Of a DNA stretch of 64,000 bases, positions 19,308 through 28,520 are shown one piece after another. Under the pieces are notes generated by a model that was not told where the DNA came from, did not search any database, and worked only from the letters and a program-made list of their open reading frames with translations. The translations under genes and the position numbers were made by a program. The first letter of the stretch is position 1. The number at the start of each line of letters is the position of its first letter. The DNA comes from Candidatus Omnitrophota bacterium (GTDB lineage: Bacteria > Omnitrophota > Gorgyraeia > Gygaellales > Profunditerraquicolaceae), in NCBI GenBank assembly GCA_025453395.1, contig JALOQK010000008.1, positions 938 through 64,937 of the forward strand, written 5' to 3'.

Positions 19308-19318
19308 AATTTTAATTT

Positions 19319-19408
19319 AAAGCTTAAAACGCAAAGCGTAAAACCATAGCGTAAAATTAAAAATTTTGAATTTTGAATTATAGTTTTGCGTTTTTCGTTT
19401 TACGCTTA
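19319..19408. repeat. Heptamer-periodic inverted-arm element, family A copy 2 (overlaps the lspA 3' end)
   Basis: AAAGCTTAAAACGCAAAGCGTAAAAC... left arm and ...TTTTGCGTTTTTCGTTTTACGCTT right arm; homologous to 9921-10018 in opposite orientation. Confidence 0.75.
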
Positions 19409-19872
19409 TTTGTTATTAATATTGTCCATCCTAACAACATTGCTCCTGCTGTTATCGCCGAATCCGCGATATTGAACACCGGCCAGATACGAAAATCCAG
19501 AAAATCAACCACATAACCAAACATCAAACGGTCAATAAGATTTCCCAGGCCGCCGGCAAGGATCAAGGTTAAAGAAAAATTACAAAGGTTGTTCTTATAG
19601 CCCTCTTTTTTAAGCTTGCGGATTATAAAAAAACTCACCAGCAAAGTAATGGCGATAAAAATCCAGCGTTGATATTTGAATAGGCCAAATGCCGCGCCGC
19701 GGTTATGCACCAAAGTAACATGAAAAACATTCTGGATAACCGGGATAGATTGATAAAGGTATAGTTTTGAGGAAACAAAGGCCTTACTAAGCTGATCAGC
19801 AATAATAAGGCCAAAGAGAAATAAAGAAAATTTAAAGAAAGGTTTTATTTTTTTTCCAGTTTTTCCTGACAT
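19378..19872 (-). CDS. lspA: Lipoprotein signal peptidase II
   Basis: NRGAAFG, GNLIDR, VVDF, FNIADS. Confidence 0.95.
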   Translation of the reverse strand: MSGKTGKKIKPFFKFSLFLFGLIIADQLSKAFVSSKLYLYQSIPVIQNVFHVTLVHNRGAAFGLFKYQRWIFIAITLLVSFFIIRKLKKEGYKNNLCNFSLTLILAGGLGNLIDRLMFGYVVDFLDFRIWPVFNIADSAITAGAMLLGWTILITNKRKTKNAKL

Positions 19873-20228
19873 TTAACACAAAGCCGGGCATAAGGCACTG
19901 CTTTAAGGCGAGTCTTGGAAATAGTCTTCTTACAGCTCTCACAAAAGCCGTAACTTCCTTCATCTATTTTCTTCATCGCGTCATCCAGCTCATAAAGGAA
20001 TTTGCGGTCATTTGAAGCGATGCCCAAAGAAAATTCACGGTCATAGGTATCGGTAGCCACATCAGCCATATGATAAGTATAGCCTGATATATCTCCGGAT
20101 GCCTCTTTCTGTGATTTTTTAAGCGTGTCCTCGGAAATATGGTTGATATCGTCAATAACGCCGTCCTTGACCTTAATCAATAATCTCTTAAACTCAATCA
20201 ACTCTTTTTTATTCATTTTCTTCTTCAC
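19845..20228 (-). CDS. TraR/DksA C4-type zinc finger protein
   Basis: HMADVATD coiled-coil tip, YGFCESC...RL...P...CVKC. Confidence 0.88.
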   Translation of the reverse strand: MKKKMNKKELIEFKRLLIKVKDGVIDDINHISEDTLKKSQKEASGDISGYTYHMADVATDTYDREFSLGIASNDRKFLYELDDAMKKIDEGSYGFCESCKKTISKTRLKAVPYARLCVKCQEKLEKK

Positions 20229-23047
20229 GCTGAAATCCCCCCTATGGCTTTAAGGCAAGTCTTACAGATTGACGGATGCGCATCATCTTCCCCCACCGAA
20301 TGCGAATAATTCCAACAGCGCATGCATTTTACCCCATCTGCTTTACTGGCGGCCAGGCATACATCCGGAAAAACGGTATTACGCCAATCTCCACCAGAAA
20401 TAAGATCTTTGGATTCTTCCACAATCACAGAAGAAACTTTAAAGGCCTCACAGAGCTGTTGGCTTAAGCTGCGTAAGAATGTATACTGATTAGGGGACTT
20501 TGTCAATATATTTATTTTGGCGTCAAAAGAACTGCCGATTATTCCGGCAATGCGCTTCTCTTCTAAAGCCTTGGCAACATCGGGGACCATCTTAAGGACC
20601 TCTTCCATATCTTGATAAGCCAAAGAGCCATGGACCTTGCCGGATTCCAACAAAGACAAAATAAGCCTGGTATCTGGATATTCCAAAAGATGCACACTGG
20701 CGGCATCTTTATCTTTAGAAGTTTTAGGCATATAAAACCATATTTCTTCAGCGGTAAAAGACAAAATCGGCGCGACTACCCTTACGATCGCATTTAACAA
20801 ATCATATATCGCCGTCTGAGCAGACCTTCTTTCAAGGGAATCTGCCCCGTATGTATACAATCTGCCCTTTACCATATCCAAATAATACATGGATAGATCT
20901 TCATTGCAAAAATCATAAATACCTTTATAGGCTTTATAAAATTCAAATTCTTCATAGCCGTTTGTTATAACTTTATCAAGCGCAAGGCAACTTTTATAGA
21001 GTATCCATTTATCAAGCATGCCCATATCATCATAGCTTATTCTGTCTTTATCGGGATTAAAATCATAGAGGTTGCTTAAGATAAACCTGCAGGTGTTGCG
21101 CACTTTACGGTAACCTTCCGAGAGCCTTTGCAGGATTTCTTTGGATATTCTTATATCCTCGTTGTAATCGCTTGAAGCCACCCACAGGCGCAAAATATCC
21201 GCGCCATAGTCTTTTATAATATCAAATGGAGAAACCACATTGCCTTGCGACTTGGACATTTTTCTTCCCTGACCATCCACCACAAAACCATGGGTTAGGA
21301 CACTTTTAAATGGCGCCTGATTATCAATGCAGACAGCCGGGATAAGCGAAGACTGGAACCACCCCCTATGCTGGTCTGAACCCTCAAGGTACAAAGAAGC
21401 GGGAAATTCCAATTCACTTCTTTTCTTTAATACTGACTGGCTGCTTACTCCGGAATCAAACCATACATCAAGGATATCTGTGCCTTTAGAGAATATTTTT
21501 CCCGCGCAGCAAGGGCATTGGATGTCTTTATATAAAAACTCCTGCACGCCAGATTCAAACCAAACATCCGTTCCATTTTCTTTAACCATCTGGCGGAATA
21601 CCTCAATAACCTTATTATCCAGGAATTCTTCTTTGCAATTATTGCATACCAAAGAGGGAATCGGCACCCCCCAATATCTTTGACGCGATAAACACCAATC
21701 CGGGCGCAAGCCCACCATTGAACCAATGCGCTCTTTTCCCGAAGAGGGAATCCACTTCACCTTATTTTGGATTACTTCAAGTAAAGCCTGCCTGAGATTA
21801 TTATGTTCAAGTTTTAAGAACCATTGATTTGTCGCTCTGAAAATAACCGGTGACTTGCAGCGCCAGCAATGCGGATAAGAATGCGGATATTTCATGCTAT
21901 AAACAAGCATCCCTAAACTATCCAATTTTTGTATGATCGGATCATTGGCAGAAAATACCTGCATCCCTTTAAATTCACCGGTAGAAGCGTCAAAATTCCC
22001 CCGGTTATCAACCGGCATAATAATATCCAACTTGTATTTTATCCCGGTGAAATAATCGTCATTGCCATGCCCGGGAGCGGTATGCACCAAACCAGTGCCT
22101 TCTTCATGTGAAACATAATCTGCCAAAACTACTTTTCCTTTTCTATCTAAAAAAGGATGCTCATAAACAAGCCCATCCAGCTTTTCGCCTTTAATGCGGG
22201 AAATAACCGCACATTGGCCAAGGCCGGTATTTTTTATAACTGTATCGAGCAGGCTTTCGGCAATAACTAAAATTCCTTTCGCAGTGTTTACCAAAACATA
22301 TTCCAGTTTTTGATGCACTGCTACTGCCACATTAGCCAGAAGCGTCCAGGGGGTGGTAGTCCAAATCAATAAATAAGCGTCTTGGCCATCTAAGGGATTG
22401 GTTAATTTAAATTTCACATAAACAGAGGGAGAAACATGATCCTCGTATTCAACCTCTGCCTCGGCAAGGGCGGTTTCACATTTATAACACCAGTTAACCG
22501 GCTTTAATCCTCTATAGATATACCCCTTCTGCGCCAGTTTGCCAAAAGAATCCACTATCCCCTCTTCATACTGGCGTGATAAAGTAAGATACGGATTATC
22601 CCAATCCCCGAATATACCTAAACGCTTAAACTGTTCTTTCTGCAAACCCACATATTTCATCGCGTAATCATGCGCTTTCTTGCGGAAATCAAGCTGCGAT
22701 ATCTGGGTTTTATTGATCTTTAATTCCTTTAACAACTGATGCTCAATGGGCAACCCATGGCAATCCCAACCCGGAACATAGGCGCAATTAAAAGCACGCA
22801 TGGTTTTATATTTAAGAATGATATCCTTAAGTGTCTTGTTTAAGGCATGGCCTATATGTATATCCCCGTTGGCATAAGGCGGCCCGTCATGCAAAATATA
22901 TTTTGGCAAACCTTGAGTTTTATTCTGGATAGAAACGTAAATATTCTTCTTCTCCCACTGCTCAAAAATAACGGGCTCTTTCTTGGGCAGATCCGCCTTC
23001 ATGGGAAAATCAGTTTTAGGAAGATTAAGAGTAAGTTTATAGTCCAT
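20225..23047 (-). CDS. ileS: Isoleucine--tRNA ligase (type 1)
   Basis: PYANGDIHIGH, WTTTPWT, EGSDQHRGWF, KMSKS, C-terminal CxxC...CxxC. Confidence 0.97.
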   Translation of the reverse strand: MDYKLTLNLPKTDFPMKADLPKKEPVIFEQWEKKNIYVSIQNKTQGLPKYILHDGPPYANGDIHIGHALNKTLKDIILKYKTMRAFNCAYVPGWDCHGLPIEHQLLKELKINKTQISQLDFRKKAHDYAMKYVGLQKEQFKRLGIFGDWDNPYLTLSRQYEEGIVDSFGKLAQKGYIYRGLKPVNWCYKCETALAEAEVEYEDHVSPSVYVKFKLTNPLDGQDAYLLIWTTTPWTLLANVAVAVHQKLEYVLVNTAKGILVIAESLLDTVIKNTGLGQCAVISRIKGEKLDGLVYEHPFLDRKGKVVLADYVSHEEGTGLVHTAPGHGNDDYFTGIKYKLDIIMPVDNRGNFDASTGEFKGMQVFSANDPIIQKLDSLGMLVYSMKYPHSYPHCWRCKSPVIFRATNQWFLKLEHNNLRQALLEVIQNKVKWIPSSGKERIGSMVGLRPDWCLSRQRYWGVPIPSLVCNNCKEEFLDNKVIEVFRQMVKENGTDVWFESGVQEFLYKDIQCPCCAGKIFSKGTDILDVWFDSGVSSQSVLKKRSELEFPASLYLEGSDQHRGWFQSSLIPAVCIDNQAPFKSVLTHGFVVDGQGRKMSKSQGNVVSPFDIIKDYGADILRLWVASSDYNEDIRISKEILQRLSEGYRKVRNTCRFILSNLYDFNPDKDRISYDDMGMLDKWILYKSCLALDKVITNGYEEFEFYKAYKGIYDFCNEDLSMYYLDMVKGRLYTYGADSLERRSAQTAIYDLLNAIVRVVAPILSFTAEEIWFYMPKTSKDKDAASVHLLEYPDTRLILSLLESGKVHGSLAYQDMEEVLKMVPDVAKALEEKRIAGIIGSSFDAKINILTKSPNQYTFLRSLSQQLCEAFKVSSVIVEESKDLISGGDWRNTVFPDVCLAASKADGVKCMRCWNYSHSVGEDDAHPSICKTCLKAIGGISA

Positions 23048-23050
23048 TTT

Positions 23051-23141
23051 TCAGCTATCAGCTATCAGCTATCAGCTATCAGCTATCAGCTATCAGCTAT
23101 CAGCTAAAAAAGCTGAAGACTGAAAGCTGAAGGCTGAAAGC
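23051..23141. repeat. Heptamer tandem repeat with inverted arm, family B
   Basis: (TCAGCTA)x8 perfect at 23051-23106, an A-run, then AGCTGAA-type units x4 (23111-23138); fills the mtnP-ileS gap. Confidence 0.93.
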
Positions 23142-23999
23142 TTAAATATATTTTCCTATAATTATCTTTAAATCCTTTTTTACTTTCGCCGGAATCATTT
23201 TTCTATCAGTGACAATCGCGCATTTTAAGGCATCCTGACAAGAACATACGCGCTTGTCAGGCAGCGCTTTAACGATCTGAATAATCATTTTCTTGGCGTT
23301 TTCAATATTCCTTTGCAGATTTTGCATCACCATATCCACCGTCACGCTTGCGTGCTTGGGATACCAGCAGTCATAATCTGTAACAGCGGCCAAAGTAGAG
23401 TAACATATCTCTGCTTCTCGGGATAGTTTTGCTTCAGCCATATTGGTCATTCCAATTATGTCCATGCCCCAACTTCGGTAAAGATTCGATTCAGCCAAAG
23501 TTGAGAATGCCGGGCCTTCCATGTTAATATAAGTCCCGCGAGGATGAATGTCTAATTTCAGCTTCTCGCCCGCAGCATAAACTACCTTTGCCAAATCTTG
23601 GCAAACAGGATGCGCGAAAACTATATGCGCCACAATGCCTTCATCAAAAAATGTCATCGCGCGAGCGTTATTAGTGCGGTCCACAAACTGATCAATAACC
23701 ACAAAATCAAGCGGCTTGAATTCTTCTTTAAGGCTGCCGCAGGCGCTTATGGAAACAATGCTTTCCACGCCAAGTTTCTTCATCCCATAAATATTGGCGC
23801 GGTAATTTATTTGGCTGGGAGAAATACAATGCCCTCTTCCGTGGCGAGGAAGAAAAACAACTTCTTTGCCCTCTATTTTCCCGGTAATAAATTTATCTGA
23901 AGGCTTGCCAAAAGGAGTGCTTAATGCGACCTCTTTTATGCCCTTCAAACTATCAATCTGATATAAACCGCTACCGCCAATAATCCCCAATTTAGACAT
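23142..23999 (-). CDS. mtnP: S-methyl-5'-thioadenosine phosphorylase
   Basis: GIIGGSG, TPFGKPS, RHGRGH, NYRANI, MEGPAFSTLAES, VTDYDCW. Confidence 0.92.
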   Translation of the reverse strand: MSKLGIIGGSGLYQIDSLKGIKEVALSTPFGKPSDKFITGKIEGKEVVFLPRHGRGHCISPSQINYRANIYGMKKLGVESIVSISACGSLKEEFKPLDFVVIDQFVDRTNNARAMTFFDEGIVAHIVFAHPVCQDLAKVVYAAGEKLKLDIHPRGTYINMEGPAFSTLAESNLYRSWGMDIIGMTNMAEAKLSREAEICYSTLAAVTDYDCWYPKHASVTVDMVMQNLQRNIENAKKMIIQIVKALPDKRVCSCQDALKCAIVTDRKMIPAKVKKDLKIIIGKYI

Positions 24000-24008
24000 T
24001 TTGTCCTC

Positions 24009-24830
24009 CTAGGCAGCTAATTCTTTAGCCCTTTTAATAGACGCCATGATCGCGTCTTTTAATGTCCCGCCAGAATTAAGCACATCTAAGCCTGCCTGGG
24101 TTGTCCCGCCTTTAGATGCCACCTGCTGACGCAGCCCTACAGGATCCGCGCCATTCTCAAGCATTTTGTCTGCCCCGCGCAAAGTAATCAAAGACATAAA
24201 ATGTGCCTGATCAGGGCTGAACCCTAAAGACCTTGCCGCATCCTCAAGCTCGGCGGTAAAATTTTCCATAAAACCAGACCAGTTATTTTTATAAGCTTCC
24301 GGGTTATTGGCTACCGCGTTAAAAAACCACCCCGGCCCACTGCCGGAAATCGCGGTAGCTTCATCCATTTTCGCTTCGTCAATAGCCATAACTTCTCCCA
24401 TATACTCAAATACATCTTGCGCGAAATCAAAATCTTCAAGGCTGGCGTATTTACCAGAGCACAAGCAAGTCATCCCATAACCAATACGAGCAGGCATATT
24501 TGGCATAACCCTAACCACCCTAACCACCCCTAAAAGGTTTTCTATATAAGAAGTGCCCAGGCCGGCTGCGATAGAAATAAAAAGTTTATCCAGAATATGC
24601 GGGTACTTTTTTATTTGGCCTAAAAGTTCTGCGAAATCCTGCGGTTTCACCGCCAAAATTATCGCGTCCGCTTTCTCCAGTAATTCCTGGATAGAACCTA
24701 CCGCTTGGATATCTTCAACAGAAGATACCCTAGCCTTATCCTTTTCATAGGCAAAAACCGTATAAGTATTTTTTATCTTTGAGGCGATTGCCTGGCCCAT
24801 GTTGCCTAAACCGATTATCCCTATTTTCAT
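24009..24830 (-). CDS. proC: Pyrroline-5-carboxylate reductase
   Basis: GLGNMG, LAVKPQ, RVMPN, SGSGP, VASKGGTT. Confidence 0.92.
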   Translation of the reverse strand: MKIGIIGLGNMGQAIASKIKNTYTVFAYEKDKARVSSVEDIQAVGSIQELLEKADAIILAVKPQDFAELLGQIKKYPHILDKLFISIAAGLGTSYIENLLGVVRVVRVMPNMPARIGYGMTCLCSGKYASLEDFDFAQDVFEYMGEVMAIDEAKMDEATAISGSGPGWFFNAVANNPEAYKNNWSGFMENFTAELEDAARSLGFSPDQAHFMSLITLRGADKMLENGADPVGLRQQVASKGGTTQAGLDVLNSGGTLKDAIMASIKRAKELAA

Positions 24831-24836
24831 TTTATC

Positions 24837-25526
24837 TTACCTTTCAAATATCGCTCTGCCTAATCTTATTATTGTGGCGGCTTCTTCAATAGCAATTTCA
24901 AAATCATCGCTCATGCCCATGGAAAGCTGTAAGCTATAAGCTGTAAGCTTTAAGCTGTAAATCTTATCCCTTAATTCCCTAAGCTGGCGAAAATAGGGAC
25001 GCGCTTCTTCGGGCGCACTAACTAAAGGGGCGATGGTCATTAAACCTTTTAATTTTATATTTTTTAAAGAAGCGATCTGTTTTATAACCAAAACCGCGTC
25101 ATCAGGACTTAAACCAAATTTTGTTTCTTCTGGAGAAGTCTTTATCTGTAGTAATATCTGCTGTACTTTATTGATCTTGGCAGCCTGCCTATCGATTTCC
25201 TCTGCCAGGCGCAGGCTATCTACAGAATGAATCAAATCAAAGATCCTAACCGCATCTTTTACTTTATTAGTCTGCAAGTGGCCGATCATATGCCATTTAA
25301 TGGCAAATGGCAAATGGCAAATGGCAGACAGCTGATTAAATTTCAAAACAGCTTCTTGGACTTTATTCTCGCCGATATCAGATATGCCCTGTTGTAAAAC
25401 CTCTTGTATTTCTTGGGCGCTTCTGCCCTTGGCTACCGCAACAATAGTTATTTCAGAAGGGTCGCGGTTTGCTTTAAGGCAGGCCTGACCGACACGAAAA
25501 CTAACATCAGCCAATCCATTATACAT
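24837..25526 (-). CDS. yggS: PLP homeostasis protein YggS/PLPBP
   Basis: VAVAK, GENKVQE, WHMIGHLQTNK, HSVD, GLMT, LSMGMSDD, RLGRAIF. Confidence 0.93.
   Translation of the reverse strand: MYNGLADVSFRVGQACLKANRDPSEITIVAVAKGRSAQEIQEVLQQGISDIGENKVQEAVLKFNQLSAICHLPFAIKWHMIGHLQTNKVKDAVRIFDLIHSVDSLRLAEEIDRQAAKINKVQQILLQIKTSPEETKFGLSPDDAVLVIKQIASLKNIKLKGLMTIAPLVSAPEEARPYFRQLRELRDKIYSLKLTAYSLQLSMGMSDDFEIAIEEAATIIRLGRAIFER
24923..24960. repeat. In-frame heptamer array inside yggS (TAAGCTN x5)
   Basis: AAAGCTG TAAGCTA TAAGCTG TAAGCTT TAAGCTG; encodes YSLKLTAYSLQL. Confidence 0.8.
25299..25326. repeat. In-frame heptamer array inside yggS, (AATGGCA)x4
   Basis: Four perfect copies; encodes SAICHLPFAI. 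Confidence 0.85.
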
Positions 25527-25547
25527 AAAAACCCCTGAGGCACAATC

Positions 25548-26804
25548 TTAAAAATACTCCAGGTACAAAGCCTTGGCTTGATCAACTAACCTCTGTAATG
25601 GTTTGCGGCTAGCGTCATGAGGAAAAATAAACCCGGGCAATTTATCGTTTTCCAAAACCTCAACTAAAATGCCAAGGCAGGTAAGATACCCCAAATATTT
25701 CATCCCGGAAAGTTTAGGGTGGTTGATCAATGAAGAAACTCTCTGGGAGCTGACACGGGCAAGCTGCACCGGAAAAGAAAAAACAGACTCTGCTTTCTCC
25801 AAGAAACCTTCCTGTAAAACTGTGCCTCCGTATAAAACAAAATTAGTCACTTGGTTACTATTAAAATTAACAAAGGCATTTTTCTTGATTTCTTCAAGCA
25901 AACACTTTGCGCTATTGGTCACAACATCAACGATAAGCTTATGGCTTATCGGCTTATAGATATTATCCCTTTTGATTAAGATTTCTTTATCTACTGCAGG
26001 CGAAGCTGCCAAATAAATACTGCCGTATGTTTTCTTTACTTCTTCAGCCAAAGAATAAGGAATTCCTATTTCTTTAGAAATGGCCAGCGTAATATCATCT
26101 CCTCCGATGGGCAAATTGTGCACTTCTTTTAACATGCCATTTTCTAAGATAACAAGCTGCGTTATGTCGCTTCCAATATCGCAGAAAATACTTAAACCCT
26201 GCTTCATTTTCTCTTCAAAAAGAAGCTTGCTGGTAATCATCCCTGAATAAAATACCTCTTTTAAGTCAAGCCCCGCCTGACTTATAGCGCCAGTTAAATT
26301 CTGAAGGCAAGAAAGGCGCGCGCAAATAAGGTACAAATCTACCTGCAAACGGTGGCTGTATAGGCCTATTGGGTTGACAATATCTGCTTTATTATCAATA
26401 GCGTAACCAAAAGGCACCTCTGCAATAATCTCATCTTCCATGTTAGATCCCAAAATCCGCGCCTGAAGATTGGCTTTTTCTACATCAAAAGAAGTAATTA
26501 CCTTATTGCCTCTTTCCGCCAAAGGGATGATCGCATGGCTATGACGGGCGCTTATATCCTCACCGGCGATATTAGCATAAACATATTTTATCTGAATGCC
26601 GGAATTATTTCTAATCTTCTTGAATAAACTGCCTAAGGCTTTTACCAATTCTATTGAATCAACAACCGACCCTCTTCTTAGGCCGCAGGAAGGGATACTT
26701 TCAAAGAAAACCTCAGCAATCTTGCCTTGGGCAAGCCTTGCTACAGCCACAGATATCTTGCTTGATCCTATATCTAACGCGCAGATACTACGTTTACTGA
26801 ACAT
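25548..26804 (-). CDS. ftsA: Cell division protein FtsA
   Basis: ALDIGSSKI, GLRRGSVVD, DIGSDIT, GGDDIT, YGG; follows ftsQ. Confidence 0.88.
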   Translation of the reverse strand: MFSKRSICALDIGSSKISVAVARLAQGKIAEVFFESIPSCGLRRGSVVDSIELVKALGSLFKKIRNNSGIQIKYVYANIAGEDISARHSHAIIPLAERGNKVITSFDVEKANLQARILGSNMEDEIIAEVPFGYAIDNKADIVNPIGLYSHRLQVDLYLICARLSCLQNLTGAISQAGLDLKEVFYSGMITSKLLFEEKMKQGLSIFCDIGSDITQLVILENGMLKEVHNLPIGGDDITLAISKEIGIPYSLAEEVKKTYGSIYLAASPAVDKEILIKRDNIYKPISHKLIVDVVTNSAKCLLEEIKKNAFVNFNSNQVTNFVLYGGTVLQEGFLEKAESVFSFPVQLARVSSQRVSSLINHPKLSGMKYLGYLTCLGILVEVLENDKLPGFIFPHDASRKPLQRLVDQAKALYLEYF

Positions 26805-26821
26805 GTGATCCTTATCCTTTT

Positions 26822-27583
26822 TTAGTCAGTCTCATAGAATTTGATTGCCGGCTCCTTAAAACGTAAATCCACATACTTGATATTTATATTACTTTTTGAC
26901 GACTGATTAAGCAGGTTTCCCAAAAGGCTTATTTTTTCTTTTAAGTCTGCCAGGTCAAACCTCACTTCTATTCCCCTGCCAAAAGGCAATGGATAGATCA
27001 TGCAAGAAAAACCTTCCGGCGGGCTTGCGTCTATTTCCCGCAAGGCATAGCCCTTAAGGCTTTTCTTTTCCCTAAAAGCTGTGGCTATTTCTATGGCCAA
27101 TTTTAATTCACGCACCTGGTATTTCTTGCCTGACTGGGCGCCGAATATCTTTGTATCAAGCCCGGTGATTACCGGCATTCCGGTAACGGGAGAATTTTCT
27201 TCGCAAAGAAATAATACCCCTTCTTCATCGGTATAAAAATACCGGTATAATTTCACAAAGGCCACGGGAGACCTTTTCAAAAAATCAACCCATAAGATAC
27301 CGGGCAATAAACGGGTAATCCTGATCTTGCTGTAACCGGAATACCTATTCTCAAGTTGAAGCGACAAAGCCCGCAGATCGACTGAGAAGATATTGCGCCC
27401 CTTCAAATAAGAAAGGTTGAATTCATTATTTTTAGACGCTACCTCTTGGATTATGAAATATTCCGATTGCCTTAAGAACATGGAGATGCCGGATACGCAA
27501 GAAGCAACGCCTAAAACAAGAATTATAAGTATAACCCCTATAGCAAAGAATTCTTTGTTTTTCTTAAAGGCTTTGGCAGACAT
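26822..27583 (-). CDS. ftsQ: Cell division protein FtsQ/DivIB
   Basis: Single TM segment, POTRA-like region (GRNIFSVDL), C-terminal YVDLRF; between ddl and ftsA. Confidence 0.8.
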   Translation of the reverse strand: MSAKAFKKNKEFFAIGVILIILVLGVASCVSGISMFLRQSEYFIIQEVASKNNEFNLSYLKGRNIFSVDLRALSLQLENRYSGYSKIRITRLLPGILWVDFLKRSPVAFVKLYRYFYTDEEGVLFLCEENSPVTGMPVITGLDTKIFGAQSGKKYQVRELKLAIEIATAFREKKSLKGYALREIDASPPEGFSCMIYPLPFGRGIEVRFDLADLKEKISLLGNLLNQSSKSNINIKYVDLRFKEPAIKFYETD

Positions 27584-28520
27584 TTCTCTTGTAAGCTAAT
27601 TCAATAAGCCTAAGGCATAGCTGGCTAAAATCAACTCCGATAAACTTCGCCGCTTTGGGAAGAAGGCTGGTGGAGGTCATCCCGGGTATAGCGTTAACTT
27701 CTAAAATATACGGGATATTATCCCCTCCAAGCATCATATCCACCCGCGAACAACCAAAACACCCTAAAAGCCTATGCGCTTTTACCGCCTGTTCTTGCGC
27801 CTTCCAAAAAGTATTTTCATCAAGTAAAGCGGGGATTATATACTGGGTTGTTGAAGATTTATATTTTGATTCATAATCAAAGATCTCGCCCTGATATTTA
27901 ATCTCAATCACCGGAAGCGGTTTATCGTCTAATATCCCCACAGTAAGCTCTCTGCCCTGGATAAACTCTTCCAAAACAACCCGATTATCTACTGCAAAAG
28001 CGCGCTCTATGGAAGAAATCAAATCCTGGGGAAAAGAAACCACAGACAAGCCAATACTTGAACCTGCGCACGCAGGTTTTACTACAAGAGGATATTTCAG
28101 CTCTTTATATTTCAACTTATCCCTATCAAAGGAATCTCTATCTATAATAAGATAAGCCTTGGGCATAAAAATCCCTTCCTCTTCAAAAATCTTGCGAGAC
28201 GCTATTTTATCCATTGCCAGGCGGCTGGCTGGCACGCCTGATCCAGTGTAAGGCAAAGATAGGCTTTCTAAAACTTCCTGTATCCCCCCGTCTTCGCCAA
28301 AACTTCCATGAAGCGCGATAAAGGCGCAATCCAAACTGTGCTTCTTGAGGATTTCCGCGTTCTGGGTTTTATCATCGCTTTTAATATCAATGGCAACCAC
28401 ATCAAGATTCAGGCATTTTAAATGCTCATAAACAGCCATCCCTGATTTAAACGAAACCTCCCTTTCAGTAGAAGGCCCGCCCATCAATACCCCAATTCTT
28501 CCTATTTTTTCTATTTCCAT
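27564..28520 (-). CDS. ddl: D-alanine--D-alanine ligase
   Basis: GGPSTEREVS, LHGSFGEDG, GSSIG, FDYESKY, LEVNAIPGMT. Confidence 0.96.
   Translation of the reverse strand: MEIEKIGRIGVLMGGPSTEREVSFKSGMAVYEHLKCLNLDVVAIDIKSDDKTQNAEILKKHSLDCAFIALHGSFGEDGGIQEVLESLSLPYTGSGVPASRLAMDKIASRKIFEEEGIFMPKAYLIIDRDSFDRDKLKYKELKYPLVVKPACAGSSIGLSVVSFPQDLISSIERAFAVDNRVVLEEFIQGRELTVGILDDKPLPVIEIKYQGEIFDYESKYKSSTTQYIIPALLDENTFWKAQEQAVKAHRLLGCFGCSRVDMMLGGDNIPYILEVNAIPGMTSTSLLPKAAKFIGVDFSQLCLRLIELAYKRNVCQSL

Noticed and set aside
22847-23107. Plus-strand ORF ending SAISYQLSAISYQLSAIS
   Set aside because: It is a translation of the TCAGCTA array, antisense to ileS.
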